Shown piece after piece: positions 25,870-38,716 of a stretch of DNA of 64,000 bases. Under the pieces are notes generated by a model. That model worked only from the letters and a program-made list of their open reading frames with translations, had not been told where the DNA came from and ran no database searches. Source of the stretch: Heptranchias perlo (taxonomy: Eukaryota). Where the stretch lies: assembly GCF_035084215.1 (NCBI RefSeq), contig NC_090340.1:14818001-14882000 (forward strand). The letters run 5' to 3'. The translations under genes and the position numbers were made by a program. Each line of letters opens with the position of its first letter. Position 1 is the stretch's first letter.

Positions 25870-28800
25870 AGCCTAAATATAAAACGAACAGGAGACGAGT
25901 ATAAAGGTCAGACGAGGAGAAGGAATAAAAACAATATAAACGGTCAATGAACAAATACGGTTATAAACCAGAAGTATAAAAGGTCTGTTAAAAATAAAGT
26001 AAAGGGAATAACTATTAAAGACGAATTAAACTGCCTGTACAGCAATGCACACAACGTCCAAAATAAAACGGGGGAAGTGGAGGCAATGATCCCCAGCGAG
26101 GAACCAGATATAGTCAGAAAAAATTAAAAATGGCTACAGAAAGAATAGGACTTGCAACTAAATGTTGCAAGTTATAACATAATCAGAAAGAATAGGGAAA
26201 GAAGAAGGGGGTGGAGCAGCTATACTAATTAGAAATAACATAATGGCAGTAAAAAAGGGACATAACTAATGGAAGGATTTGAAACAGAATCCATAGGAAT
26301 TGAAATAAACGATAAGAAGGCATCTATCACGCTATTAGGGATATACTACAGTCCACCTAATAATGGAAAGGAGGTGGAGGAAGAAATATGTAAGCACATA
26401 CGTGAAATGAGTAAAGGACATAGAATAATAATAATGGGAGATTTTAACGACCCCCAAATAAACTAGCTAGAAGAGACAGTTAAAGGGGTACAGGAAATGA
26501 AGTTTCAACAATGTGTGCAAAAGTCCTTTCTTACCCAGTATGTAAAGAGCCCAACAAGACAGGAAGCACTGCTGCATCTAGTAATCGGAAAAGAACCAGA
26601 ACAGATTAGAGACGTAAGCGTAGGGGAACATCGAGGTAACGGCAATCACGATAAAACAAGGTTTAAGATAAAGATTGAGAAGCCAATAAGTAAGACAAAG
26701 ACCAAACTAATAAATTGGGAAAAAAGCTGATTTTAAGGGGACGAGAAAGGAAATAGGGAAAATAAACTGAAAATAATTACTGAAAAAGAAATAAATAAAA
26801 GACCAGTGGGAAACATTTAAAACGGTGATCAATAGGAGAAATATATCCCACTAAAAGGCAAGAACAAACTGGCCAGTAATGACACACCATGGATGACTAA
26901 AGAAATAAGGGCAAAACTGAAACTAAAGAAAAAGGCAGACATTAAGTACCTCGACATCAAAAGGGAATATGAAAAGGTTAGGAAAGAAGTCAAGAAAAAA
27001 AATTAGGATGGCAAAGAGAAACTGCAACATTAAATTATCAAAAAATATAAAATGAAATAGTAAAGTATTCTCCAGACACATAAATAACAAAAGGAAAATC
27101 AGGATAGGGATAGGGCCACTAAGGGCTGCACCCGATAAATTCACAGGTAATGACAACGAAATGGCAGAAATATTAAATGATTAAATCAATATTTACCAGG
27201 GAGTCTAACATGTTGAGCATTAGTAGAGATCAAGACAGATATAAAGACATTTAAGATAGAAAGGAGGAAATAATTGATGAACTAATCAAACTGAGAGAGG
27301 AAAGAAAACCCTTGGATTGGATGGATTGCATCCACGCACATTAAAATGAGTTAGGGAAGAAATAACGGAGGCACTATTACACATATATATATATATATAT
27401 TACAATCTTTAGAAAAGGGAATTGCGCCAGAGGACAGGCGGCGTGCTAATGTGATTCCGATATTTAAAAAGGGAGATAGTACAAGTCCAGAGAAGTATAG
27501 GCCAATTAGCTTAACGTCGGCGGTAGGAAAAATAATGGAATCCTTACTCAAAGATGTAATTAAAAAATCCAGAAAATGAAAATGTAATAAAGAATCGTCT
27601 GCATGGATTCAAAAGGGAAGGTCATGCTTACCCAACCTTATTAAATTCTTCGAAGAACTATCAGAAAGGGTAGACAAGTATAATATAGCAGATGTAATAT
27701 ATTTGTATTTTCAAAAGGCCTTCGATTAGGTACTGCATAATCGACCCAAGACTTAGGTCAGAGCATTTGGAGTCATGGGACAAGTAGCCAAATGGATAGC
27801 AGGCTGGCTATAATTCAGAACACAGAGAGTAGGGGTTAGCGGTCGTTACTCAGACTGGCAAAAGTGGGAGGTGGCTTTGCACAAGGATCAGTGCTGGGAC
27901 CACTGTTATTCATCATTTACATAAATAATTTGAACTCGGAATCTGAAGTACAATTTCAAAATTTGTGGACGACACAAATTGGGGTTATAGTTAATACTGA
28001 GGAGGGTTGTGACAAAATACAGGAGGACATTAATAAACTTGCAGAATGGGCGAGTAACCGGCAAATGAATTTCAACATAGATAAGTGTGAGGTGGTACAT
28101 TTTGTTAGCAAGAATAAGGAGGCCACATACTCCTTGGAAAATAAGATTCTAAATGGGGTAGAGGAGCAGAGGGATATGGGGGTACTAAAAGTAGCGTTTG
28201 AGATTAATAAGGTCATAAAAAGCAAGATCAGCACTGGGATTCAATTCTAGAGGGATAGAATTTAAAAGCGGGGAAGTTATGTTAAACTTAAATAAAACCT
28301 TGGTTAGACCGCATATTTAGTACTGTTAACATTTCTGATCTCCATGCAACAGGAAGGATGTAGAGGCACCGGAGAAGGTGCAAAATAGATATACTAGGAT
28401 GATACCAAAACTGAGATGTTATACCTACCTGGAACGATTCAACAGGCTGGGGTTTTCTTCTCTATAAAAGAGAGGACTGAGGGGTGACCTGATAGAGGCC
28501 TTTAAGATTGTAAAAGGTTTTGATAGCTTAGACGTAGAGAAGATATTTCCACTTGCAGGGGAGACCAGAAATATGGGCCATAAATATAAGATAGCCACTT
28601 TAATAAATCCAATAGGGAATTCAGAAGAAATGTCTTTACCCAGAGAATGGTTAGAATACGGAACTCACAACCACAAAGAGTAGTTGAGCCGAGTAGCATA
28701 GATGCATTTAAGGGGAAGCTAGATAAACACATAAGTGAGAAATGAATAGAAGGAAATGTTCATGGGGTTAAATGAGCAGGGGCGGGAGAAGACTCGTATG

Positions 28801-28870
28801 TAGCATTAACACTGGCAATGGACCTGTTTGGCCGAATGGTCTGTGTTGTACATTCCATGTAATTCTATGT
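25870..28870 (+). mobile_element. CR1 LINE, family A, ORF2 (EN + RT) and 3' tail, decayed
   Basis: IYYSPP and MGDFN endonuclease motifs, QGSVLGPLLF, tail aattctatgt. Confidence 0.92.
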
Positions 28871-30060
28871 AAGACATTGTATCACAAATATCCCATTGGA
28901 ATTGTTCAAACTGTTTGGCCAGTAAGAAAAAAAACAGTCCTCTTCCAAGCGCAGAAAATTCGGCCCCCACTCTAAGATATGTAAAATGTACATTTTCTTA
29001 TTGAATATTGATGCAGCTCCAAGGACCAGCAGTGAAAATGAGCCACAGAGAACTGAAAGTCCCAGGTTTGATTTATGTTCTGTGCTGTGTGCCAGACCAG
29101 AACTAAAGTCAGGGAACTGGACACAGTCATTGGGTAAGATGGGACATAATGTCATATCCGTCGTGGAACCTTGGGGGCAATTTTGACTTTGGGCGGACAG
29201 TGTAAAACGGGCTGTACCACATCCTCCGCCGTTACACATCTCTGTAGTTGTATGAGAGTCGGCTCATCTGATTTAGCCCAGGCATTAGCGGTGATGAGGG
29301 AGGGTACTAAATATTTCTGGATATCAATTTGCATGAGAAAAAAAGAGACGGAAAAATTGGCTCATGTGTACATATTATCGAAGTATATAATCACAACATT
29401 CGAAAGGAAAGTTTTTATTGATGGTGGTGCTCAGACCAAGCCTTTCTGTTTTGAATTAAGTAGAAATAACCGAACTGCCCCTATAATGATTGACATTATA
29501 GATCAGGCAATAGTGTGAAAGAAATTTAACTTGACACTTGTCAGCAATTTAGCGAGGTCCACAGTAATAATGCAGCTGTAAAAATGAGGGCATTGAACTG
29601 TCCTAACAACCTAGAACAAGAGAAACGATTTCGTCAAAATAGGGAGGAGTTCTTAGAATGCATCTCGAACTGTTTCCTTAAGCGGTATGTTGCATGTTCA
29701 AGAAGGAAGAATATCGTGCTTTGTTTTGGTCTAGATAATATGAGTTTAAATGCATATGTCAAAATCCAGCGACTAACATTCTACTGTAAATAGGAGGAGC
29801 GGTTCTGACCCATAGTTGTACTAATGTAACACAATGCTTGACTTCAGCTGTCTTGGTAAACTGTCCGATGAACTGAATGGCCTACCTCAACCCTATTAAC
29901 CTTATGGTCTGGTTTCCTCTGAACACTGAAACTAACAAGGGAATAAAAGACCGAAAAAGGAACGACCCATCGTATCTAGTTTTTTGTACGTGAAGGAGAA
30001 TCCTTTCATCCCTTTGCCTGATCAAAGCGTCCAGATCCACCTGAATTCACAGGCACTTAC

Positions 30061-32520
30061 CTGGTGGCTTCTATTAAATGATTGTAATGTTTACCATAGC
30101 CTGTGGGGATCCCGTTAGCACTACCTTCCGATCAAAAACTTCGTATGTGTTTGTTTCACATGTGTACAATCAGCTAACGTATATGCAGCCACTAAACCCA
30201 TTCACTGTATATCTGTATTGTTGGAGATTGTATAGTTGCTTACCGGGTGCTGTTCACTTATTTTACTCAAGCCTTGGCCCCTGGAGTTTTCTGCATTAGG
30301 TGACCTCCGAAAGAGCAATGGTAGAATTAGTAGGTTTGAGCTAAGTGTCCCTGGGCTGGAGAGAATAGTAATGAACTGGGCTTGGAAAGTCATCCCTATC
30401 TGAAACAGGCAACTGAAATGAAACCTTACGTATAAACTAGTATGGTAAAGGTAATTCGGGAATACTACTGGCAGCTGAACAGTGATTGTAGGACAAGTTG
30501 ACACGAGTGCAAATGAGTAGAAGGTAAATTTAGGACTCCTTTGCGGAAGCTTTTTTGACACAGCAGAGGTCATCATGAGGAAGGGACTTTCAGGTAGAAT
30601 AGTGGAGATAAAAAAAAACCCATAGAATATTTTCATAATCAATTAGATGCTCGGTTCGGAGATTATATGATCTTTCTGGTCGCATGAGCAAGAAATGATC
30701 CGAATGACTTTTCTCACCTCTATCTACTTTGCACTCGTTACGCCTGCTAGAACGTGTGTGTATATGAATGTCCCCTATGGCTCTCTTCTAGCTCCATTGC
30801 CATGTTCTACGCCCACTCACAACTGGAACTGACGCGTGAAGAATGGCCAGTTGGATGAGAGTGAATGGTACCGGAGGTTTAGTTGTGTCAGTGAAAGTTT
30901 ATCTGAGTCACCTTCAAGACCAGAAGAGAAAAGAAGAAAGGTAGACAACATTTAAAAAAAATCTGCTGCTGTATTCTTGAAAGCAACTGAACTAGTTTAA
31001 ATAAATGTGCGTGGTCGCATTTACAAAGTGTCTTTCCATCGTTATTTTACAAGTGGTTTTGGGCTCATCCCTTTGCCCATCCCTCGTTGCGCTCAGAAGG
31101 TGGTGGCAGCAGTTCTTCTTCTTGAAGGTTTCTTATAAATGATTGGCTTGCTAGGCCACTTGAGAGGACAGTTCAGAGTCAACCACGTTGGTGTGGGACT
31201 GGAGTCACATATAAACCAGATGGCAGATTTACTTCGTTAAAAGAGTGAACCGGTTGGATTTTTACAACAATCCACTCGCTTCACGGTCACTCTTACTGAA
31301 ACTAGAGTGTTGTCTTCTTCTACCTTCAGTCACATCCATAAAGACATTGACTTGAAACAATTTTTTGCATTTCAGTGCAGGTACATGCTTTTTATTTCCA
31401 GGTTTCTTTTAAACCGAATTCAAATTCTCAAACCACCATGATGGGAATTGAATTTACATACTCTGGATTACGAGTCCAGTAACATAACCACTATACAACG
31501 GGCCTCACTGCAATTCCTCGGTCACAAAACAGCAGATTAGCGTTCTGTGGGTGAAACAATCTGGAGTCATAAGGCTGTGAGTACATTGCCTCTTGCGAAA
31601 GCGCTTCCTCGCACCACCGCAGGCCAACCCCAATTCACCTATTTATTTTTATTGCCATTTGACATACAGCACATTCACATATAAAGTAGATGGTGTATTA
31701 TATGCAGCATATTTTGATACTGAGTTTTACTGGTTGGCTTAATATTAACACCAACGCTAAAAGCAACCGAAGCTTCCTGTGCAGAAATAACTCGAGTATC
31801 TGTTTAAATTGAAAGGACCTGAAACAGCCTATCACTGCCGTACAACACAGTTAATCACATTGCGAAACATTCGCGCGGTCACTGCAACAGGTTGAAGGAA
31901 ATAAATTTAAAGCCTTATTTTGCAAGTTCGTATGTTCGTTTTGCAATATTTAAATCAAGTATCAAAAGAACAGCAACCGTTTGTCTAACGCTAGCAATGA
32001 AACATCAAACATTCAAACCTGCCTTGTTTGAGTAAAGGATTACCACCCCGGCTATTTATATTTTCTAAAATATTATATTATAACCTATCATTTTTTCAAT
32101 CTGCTTACTTTCTAATTGATACTTTTTATCTTAAACGCACGTAGATAATTTGAAAAGCCACCCGAACGTAATTCCCAAGACCAAAGAAGAGCTTTAGGCC
32201 CGAGACAGCTCTGTGTCGATCTATTAAAACTAGTCCAATGAGTAAATGGTGCACGTTATGTCGGATTATTGGAACGTGCCTGTATCTTTACAAATCGTTT
32301 CACAGACTGGGATAAATATGAAAAAAAACCTTCGTTTCATCAATTCATCAACTTTAAGATGACACTAAGATTGAGTTGAAGTAGTTCAAGCTTGTCCTTT
32401 TCATTGAGGCATTTCTATTCCAGATAAGACAGGTGCGGTGCATCAGGTGGAGTGAAGGAAACAATACAAGATGAGAGCTGAGCCGTCATGCCGGGGATGA
32501 GACACGATCCAGAAACTCAA
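30061..32520 (-). pseudogene. Possible decayed 3' half of an IgSF receptor gene
   Basis: Strong acceptors at 32521 (IVS..GSALILYC, LIWNRN, ITCTIYS across frameshifts) and 30912 (GDSDKLSLTQLNLRYHSL...*). Small AG/GT-bounded blocks at 30244-30290 and 30061-30100. Confidence 0.22.
31050..31500 (-). mobile_element. tRNA-derived SINE (same family as 57880-58370)
   Basis: Reverse-complement homology to 57880-58370. Confidence 0.7.
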
Positions 32521-33059
32521 CTAGAGAATGAAGAGTGCAAAGGAAAGCACAAGGACCAACTGTACCATTCTTACCAATTCCGTGTACCGATCCATCAGAC
32601 AATACTCTTTAATCCATTGCGAATGATTTAAACAATATATGCAGAGCAATAGATTAACGATATAATGCGACGTAAATCTTCGGCGGAGCAATAAAATAAT
32701 AACTAAATAAAATAGCATCTACATACATATCGAATGTGACAATAATCTTATTCTGTATATACAAACTTTGTTTAAGTGCTCTGCGTCGCCGGGGTACAGA
32801 AGTAAACATCTTTCAGACGTTCAGTTAATGTTCAGAGGCAGCAGCCTTATGTACGTGCAATGTAATCATCAGTCCGTGCTTGCCAGCAAAGGGAAAATTT
32901 ACAAATTTGAAATAAGTACAAAACAGGACCTTTTGCACCTAGCTACTTGTTTTGTTTTTGTTTTGTATTTCTGATCTAGATGTTTTATGTAAAGGGCTGG
33001 AGGTGAAACGCTCAACAATCGTCTCATCTCAAAATGTCCAACGCTTGCATGTTACGTAT

Positions 33060-36000
33060 ATAGAAACATAGAAAATAGGAGCAAGATTAAGCCATTCGGC
33101 CCTTCGGGCCTACTCCGCCATTCAAAATGATCATGGCTGATCGTCTAACTCAGTAGCCTGTTCCCACTTTTTCCGCATATCCCTTGTTCCCTTTAGCATT
33201 GAGAAATATATCTGTCTCCTTCTTGAATACATCTAATGACTTGGCCTCCACCGCCTCCTGTGGTAGAGAATTCCACAGGTTCACCTCCCTCTGAGTGAAG
33301 AAATTTCTCCTCATATCGGTTCTAAATGGCCTAGCCCGTATCCTGAGATTGTGGCCCCTGGTTCTGGACTCCCCAACCATCGGGAACATCCTCCCTGCAT
33401 CTAGTGTGTATAGTCCTTTTAGAATTTTATGTGTTTTGATGAGATCACCTCTCATTCTTCTAAACTCTAGTGAATATAGGCCTAGTCGACCCAATCTCTC
33501 ATCATACGTCAGTCCTGCCATCCCAGGAATCAGTCTGGTAACCTTCGTTGCACTCCCTTCAAGGTAAGGACATCCTTCCTTTGATAAGGAGACCAAAACA
33601 ACACACAATACTCCAGATCTGGTCTCACCAAGGCCCTGTATAAATGCAGGAAGACATTTCTGTTCCTGTACTCAAATCCTCTTGCAATGAAGGCCAGCAT
33701 ACCATTCGCCTCCGTAACTGTTTGCTGCAACTGAATGCTCGCTTTCAGCGACTGGTGCACAAGGACACCCAGGTCTCGTTACACCTCCCCTTTTCCCAAT
33801 CTATCACCATTCAGATAATAATCTATCTTTCTGTTTTTACAACCAAAGTAGATAACCTCACATTTATCCACGTTATACTGCATCTGCCATGTCCTTGCCC
33901 GCTCACCCAACTTGTCTAAATCACATTGGAGCCTCTTTGCATCCTCCTCACAGCTCACATTCCACCCCGGTTTGTGTCGTCTGCAAACTTGAAAATGTTA
34001 CATTTAGTTCACTCATCCAAATCGTTGATATATATTTTGAATAACTGGGGCCCAAGCACTGATCCCTGCGGTACTCCACTAGCCTGCCACCGTTTATTCC
34101 TACTCTCTGTTTCCTGTCGTTCAAACAATTCTCAATCCATGCCAGTATATTCCCGCCAATCCCATGTGCTTTATTTTGCACACTAACCTCTTGTGCGGTA
34201 ACATATCAAAAGCCTTCTGAAAATCCAAATACACCACATCCCCTGGTTCTCCTCTATCTATTCCACTAGTTGCATCCTCAAGAAACTCCAGTAGATTTGT
34301 TAAGCATGATTTCCCTTTCATAAACCCAAGCTGACTTTGTCCAATCCCGTTAATGCCATCCAAGTGTGCTGTTATCACATCTTTTACAATAGACTCTAGC
34401 ATTTTCCCCACTATTGATGTTGGACTAACTTGTCTGAAATTCCCTGTTTTTTCTCTACCTCCTTTTTTAAATAGTGGGGTTACATTTGCCACCTTCCAAT
34501 CTGTAGGAACTGTTCCAGAGTCTCTATAATTTTGGAAGATGATCACCAATGCATCCACTATTTCCAGGGCCACTTCCATTAGTACTCTGGAATGTAGATT
34601 TTCAGGCCCTGGGGATTTGTCAGCCTTCAGCTCCATTAATTTCCCGAGCACCATTTCTTTTATTAATACTGGTTTCCTTCAGTCCCTCCCTCTCACTAGA
34701 CCCTTGGTTCCCTAACATTTCTGGGAGGTTATTTGTGTCTTCCTTTATGGAAACAGAACCAAAGTATGTGTTTAATTGTTATGTCATTTCTTTGTTCCTC
34801 ATTATAATTTCCCCCATTTTTGACAGTAAGGGACCTACATTTGTCTTCACTAATCTTTTTCTCTTGACGTATTTATAGAAGCTTTTACAGTCAGTTTTTA
34901 TGTTCCTTGCTAGTTTACTCTCACAGACTATTTCCCCCCTCTTAATCAATCTCTTTGTCGTCCTTTGTTGAATTCTGAACTGTTCCCTACCCTCAGGATG
35001 CCGCTTTTTCTATCAATTTTATATGTCCCCTCTTTAGATCTAATACTATCCCTAATTTCTTTTGTAAGCCACAGTTTAGACACCTTTCCTGTTTTATTTT
35101 TGCGCCAGACAGGAATGAATGATTGTTGTAATTCCTGCACACGTTCTTTAAATATTAGCCATTGCCTATCCACCGTCATCCCTTTTAGTAAAATTCCCCA
35201 ATTTATCATAGCCAACTCGCACTTTCGTAATTTCCTTTATTTAGATTCAGGACCCTAGTTTCGGATTCGACTACTTCACTCTCCATCTTAATGAGGAATT
35301 CCATCATGTTATGGTCGCTCTTCCCTAAGGGACCCCGCAAAACAAGATTGTTAATTAATCTTTTCTCATTGCACAATACCCAGTCTAGGATCGCCTGTTC
35401 TCTAGTTGTTTCCTCAATGTATTGGTCTTGAAATCCATCACTCCAGAAATTGCTTTCCCACAGTATTATTGCTAATTTAGTTTGACCAATCTATAAGTAG
35501 ATTAAAGTCACCTATGGTTATCCTTGTACCCTTCTTGCATGCGTCTCTAATTTCCTGTTTAATGCCCTCCCCTACATCTCCACTACTGCTTGGGGGCCTA
35601 TAGACAACCCCCACCAACGTTTTCTGCCACTTGGTGTTTCTTAGATCAACCCATACAGATTCCACGTCGTGATTTTCCGTGCCAATATCATTCCTCACTA
35701 TTGCATTGATTTCCTCCTTTACTAACAGCGATACCCCACCTCCTTTCCCTTTTTGCCTGTCCTTCCTAAATATTGAATACCCCTAGATGCTCAGTTCCCA
35801 TCCTTGGTGAACCTACAGCCATGTCACCCTAATCACATCTGTTTCATTACCGTTAATATCTATCTGCGCTGTTAATTAATCCACCTTGTTGCGAATGCAC
35901 CACACATTAAGGCACAATACATTTGGACTTGTCTTTTTAAGATTGCTAGTCATCTTAGTTTTATTTTGCACTCTGGTCCTATTTGTTTTTCGCCCTTGTT

Positions 36001-36632
36001 TTCTCTGCCTTCCACTATTGCTTCTTCCATTTCTGCCTTTTGTTTCTATCCTTTTGTCCCCCTCCTCTGTCTCCCTGCTCAGGTTCCCATCCCCCTGCCA
36101 TTTCAGTTTAAACTTTCCCCAACAGCACTAGCAAACACTCCCGCGAGGACACCGGTCCCGGTCCCCCTCGGGTGTAACCTGTCCTACTTGACATCCTTGA
36201 CCCGAGCACCAGGGAGGCAACATACCATCCTGGAGTCACGTTTGCGGCCGCAGAAACGCCTATCTGTTCCCCTTACAATTGAATCCTCTATCAGTATAAG
36301 CCCTGCCACTCTTATTCCTCCCCTCCTGTACAGGAGAGCTAACCGTGGTGCCACATACTTGGCTCTTGCTGCTTTCCCGTGAAAAGCAATCTCCCTCAAA
36401 AGTATCCAAAGCGGTATATCTTTTTGAGAGGGAGATGTCCCCAGGGGACTCCTGCTCTACTTGCCTATTCCCTTTACTCTGCCTGGCGGTCATCCATTTC
36501 CTTTCTGCCTGCGTAATCTTTACCCGCAGTGTGACCACCTCACTGAACGTGCTATCGCGGATGTTCCACAGTGAATCCACCCGCAGCTCCAGCTCCGAAA
36601 TACGGTTAGTCAGTAGCTGCAGCTGGACACAC
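33060..36632 (-). mobile_element. Near-full-length CR1 LINE, family B (esterase ORF1 + ORF2), deletion in ORF1 near 36185
   Basis: EDSIVRGTDRRFCG..MVCCLPGARVKDV (ORF1), VYRPP and GDFN (EN), RT motifs, tail tagaaacatagaaa. Confidence 0.93.
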
Positions 36633-36647
36633 GTATGGAACTTATTT

Positions 36648-36960
36648 GTAATAAAGACATAAAATGCTGGAGAAGCTCAGCAAGTGAGGCAGCATCTGTC
36701 GAGAATGAAACAAAGTTAAAGTTTCAGGTCAAAAACCTTTCGTCAGAACTGGAAGATGTTGAAAGAGTTAAAGGTTTTGAGCAAGTAGAGTCAGGGAAAG
36801 AGGGGGAAGGGAGGGAAGGGAAGAACAAAAGGGAAGGTCTGTGATAGGGTAGAGGGCACGAGTAAGTACATAACAAATGGGATGATGGTGCAAGGAAGGA
36901 AGGCGGTAATGGGACAGGTTAAGAAATAAAACATTGATCAGGAATAGCAGTAAATGTCAG
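36648..36960 (-). mobile_element. Penelope-like 3' terminal fragment
   Basis: Reverse complement of ~3420-3732. Confidence 0.8.
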
Positions 36961-38716
36961 CAACGAGTGAATGAGTTAGTCCGCTCTTTATCAAGACTAA
37001 AACAAGGTCAAAAATTAACTTGTAAACGTTCCTACTGCATCAATACAAACCTCAAGTCTCCGAATTAATGCAGTTTCACATTCCAGCAAACAAACCCAGA
37101 GCACTGAGGAGCCTTGGCTTCGCGACGGCTGTAGTTTAAATACAGCTGCAACAATGTGAACTTTTAGGACTTTTTGACTTCCTTTTGGAGGTTTCTAATT
37201 TTGGCAAAGAGCCGTTTAACCATCACTGGCGTTGAGTTAAGCGATTTTATTTGCACAGGGGTCGGAGCTCTGTGCGTACCATTAAATCTCTGCTTTGACC
37301 TGAATATGGTGTAGAGTCAACGGTATAACTTCCATCTCCCGGCTCTGCATCATTGATTTCTCTCCATGAGCTTTATTTGAGAGATTCTCGTCCATTTCCA
37401 AAATTCTAATTATAAGAAGGCAACTATCTCTGATAAATAAAAACACATTCCCATTTTTTAGCTGTTTTAGTTGTTTAGTTTGTTTAATATATAAATATAT
37501 TAAACCTGTGTGTGTTTCCTGTGCAGCTGCGCAATATAAAATGATCAGCGAGGAAAGGAAGCAACATCAGGATTGCCAGTGAACCCACTACAATATGAAG
37601 GATTCCATAACTAGAGGAGGCAATATTTGTACCTACCAGATATATGAAATAAAGGCAAAGCTCAAATGTGATAGGGAACTTAATTTAATTGGAATGAAGA
37701 TAACTGTATTAGATGCAAGTCCTACAAATTAATTGATTATTTACATAGGAACGTAGGAATTGCTGGACGAAAAATGACCAAGGTCCATCGAATTCACCTT
37801 CTATCATCCTGGTAGTCGCATGATACAATGAGAATCGAGTTGTTGACTAATCATGGCGATCAATCTCTATCAATTAACCTACAAAAGACTCAGAAATGAC
37901 AGGCGGAAAACCCCAGTGGTGGAGAAATTTGGAAACCATTGGTCCAAAGTCACCTGTTCCTCCTAAGCATGCTCCACTTTCCACGTATCATGTCTCAAAT
38001 TACTCATAAGCTGTATTCCCAAACGGTATTTTCTGAAAGAAATCTAATTTGCATCTGAATGAATCAATCCCAATAATTTAAACTGGGAGACATTTAGCTT
38101 TAATTCGCCTTGGAAGCATAGCTTCCAATTTCCAGTGTATTTTTCAATTATCAATGCTTATCATATTGGTTTAAATTCTTTAGTCTGCTATTTTGTAGCA
38201 GAGGCGTTACGATTAAACTAAATTAGTTAATGCATCTGATAAAATCGCAAAGAAAAATGATAGCAATGCCTGAAACATTTATATAAAGACATAGCCAGAT
38301 TTCAAAGCTCACATATTTTGCAGTTTTCTCAACTTGAAATGTAAACACAAATGAATCGCTTATACTTCTCAGCGCTCCATTAAATGAAGACAATAGAGTA
38401 TGTAACAGAGCATTCTTCAGTCGACAAACGCATAACACTTTCAAACATAACTGATTGAATAATCGTAGACCTTCCCTGACCTTGCTCTCGTCCTGCTCGC
38501 ACCTACTGCGAAGAAATTGTATGTCTTTTAACTTCATTGTTGTAACAAGCTGAGATAGCTCCAGCCGTGAGACAAGTTAGGAATGGCAGGGGCCCTTGTA
38601 TAACTGTTTTAAGAGGATGCAGTGCCATCCTGTGGAGAAACTAGAAGACATGAGGCGCTACTGCAACCTTTACAAGGTTACACATTGATTTTAATGGACT
38701 GAAATCCACAGCCTTA

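Noticed and set aside
37020-37430. Possible V-domain relic on the minus strand (I*WYAQ, KLQPS)
   Set aside because: Motifs are scattered over several frames and are indistinguishable from chance by eye.
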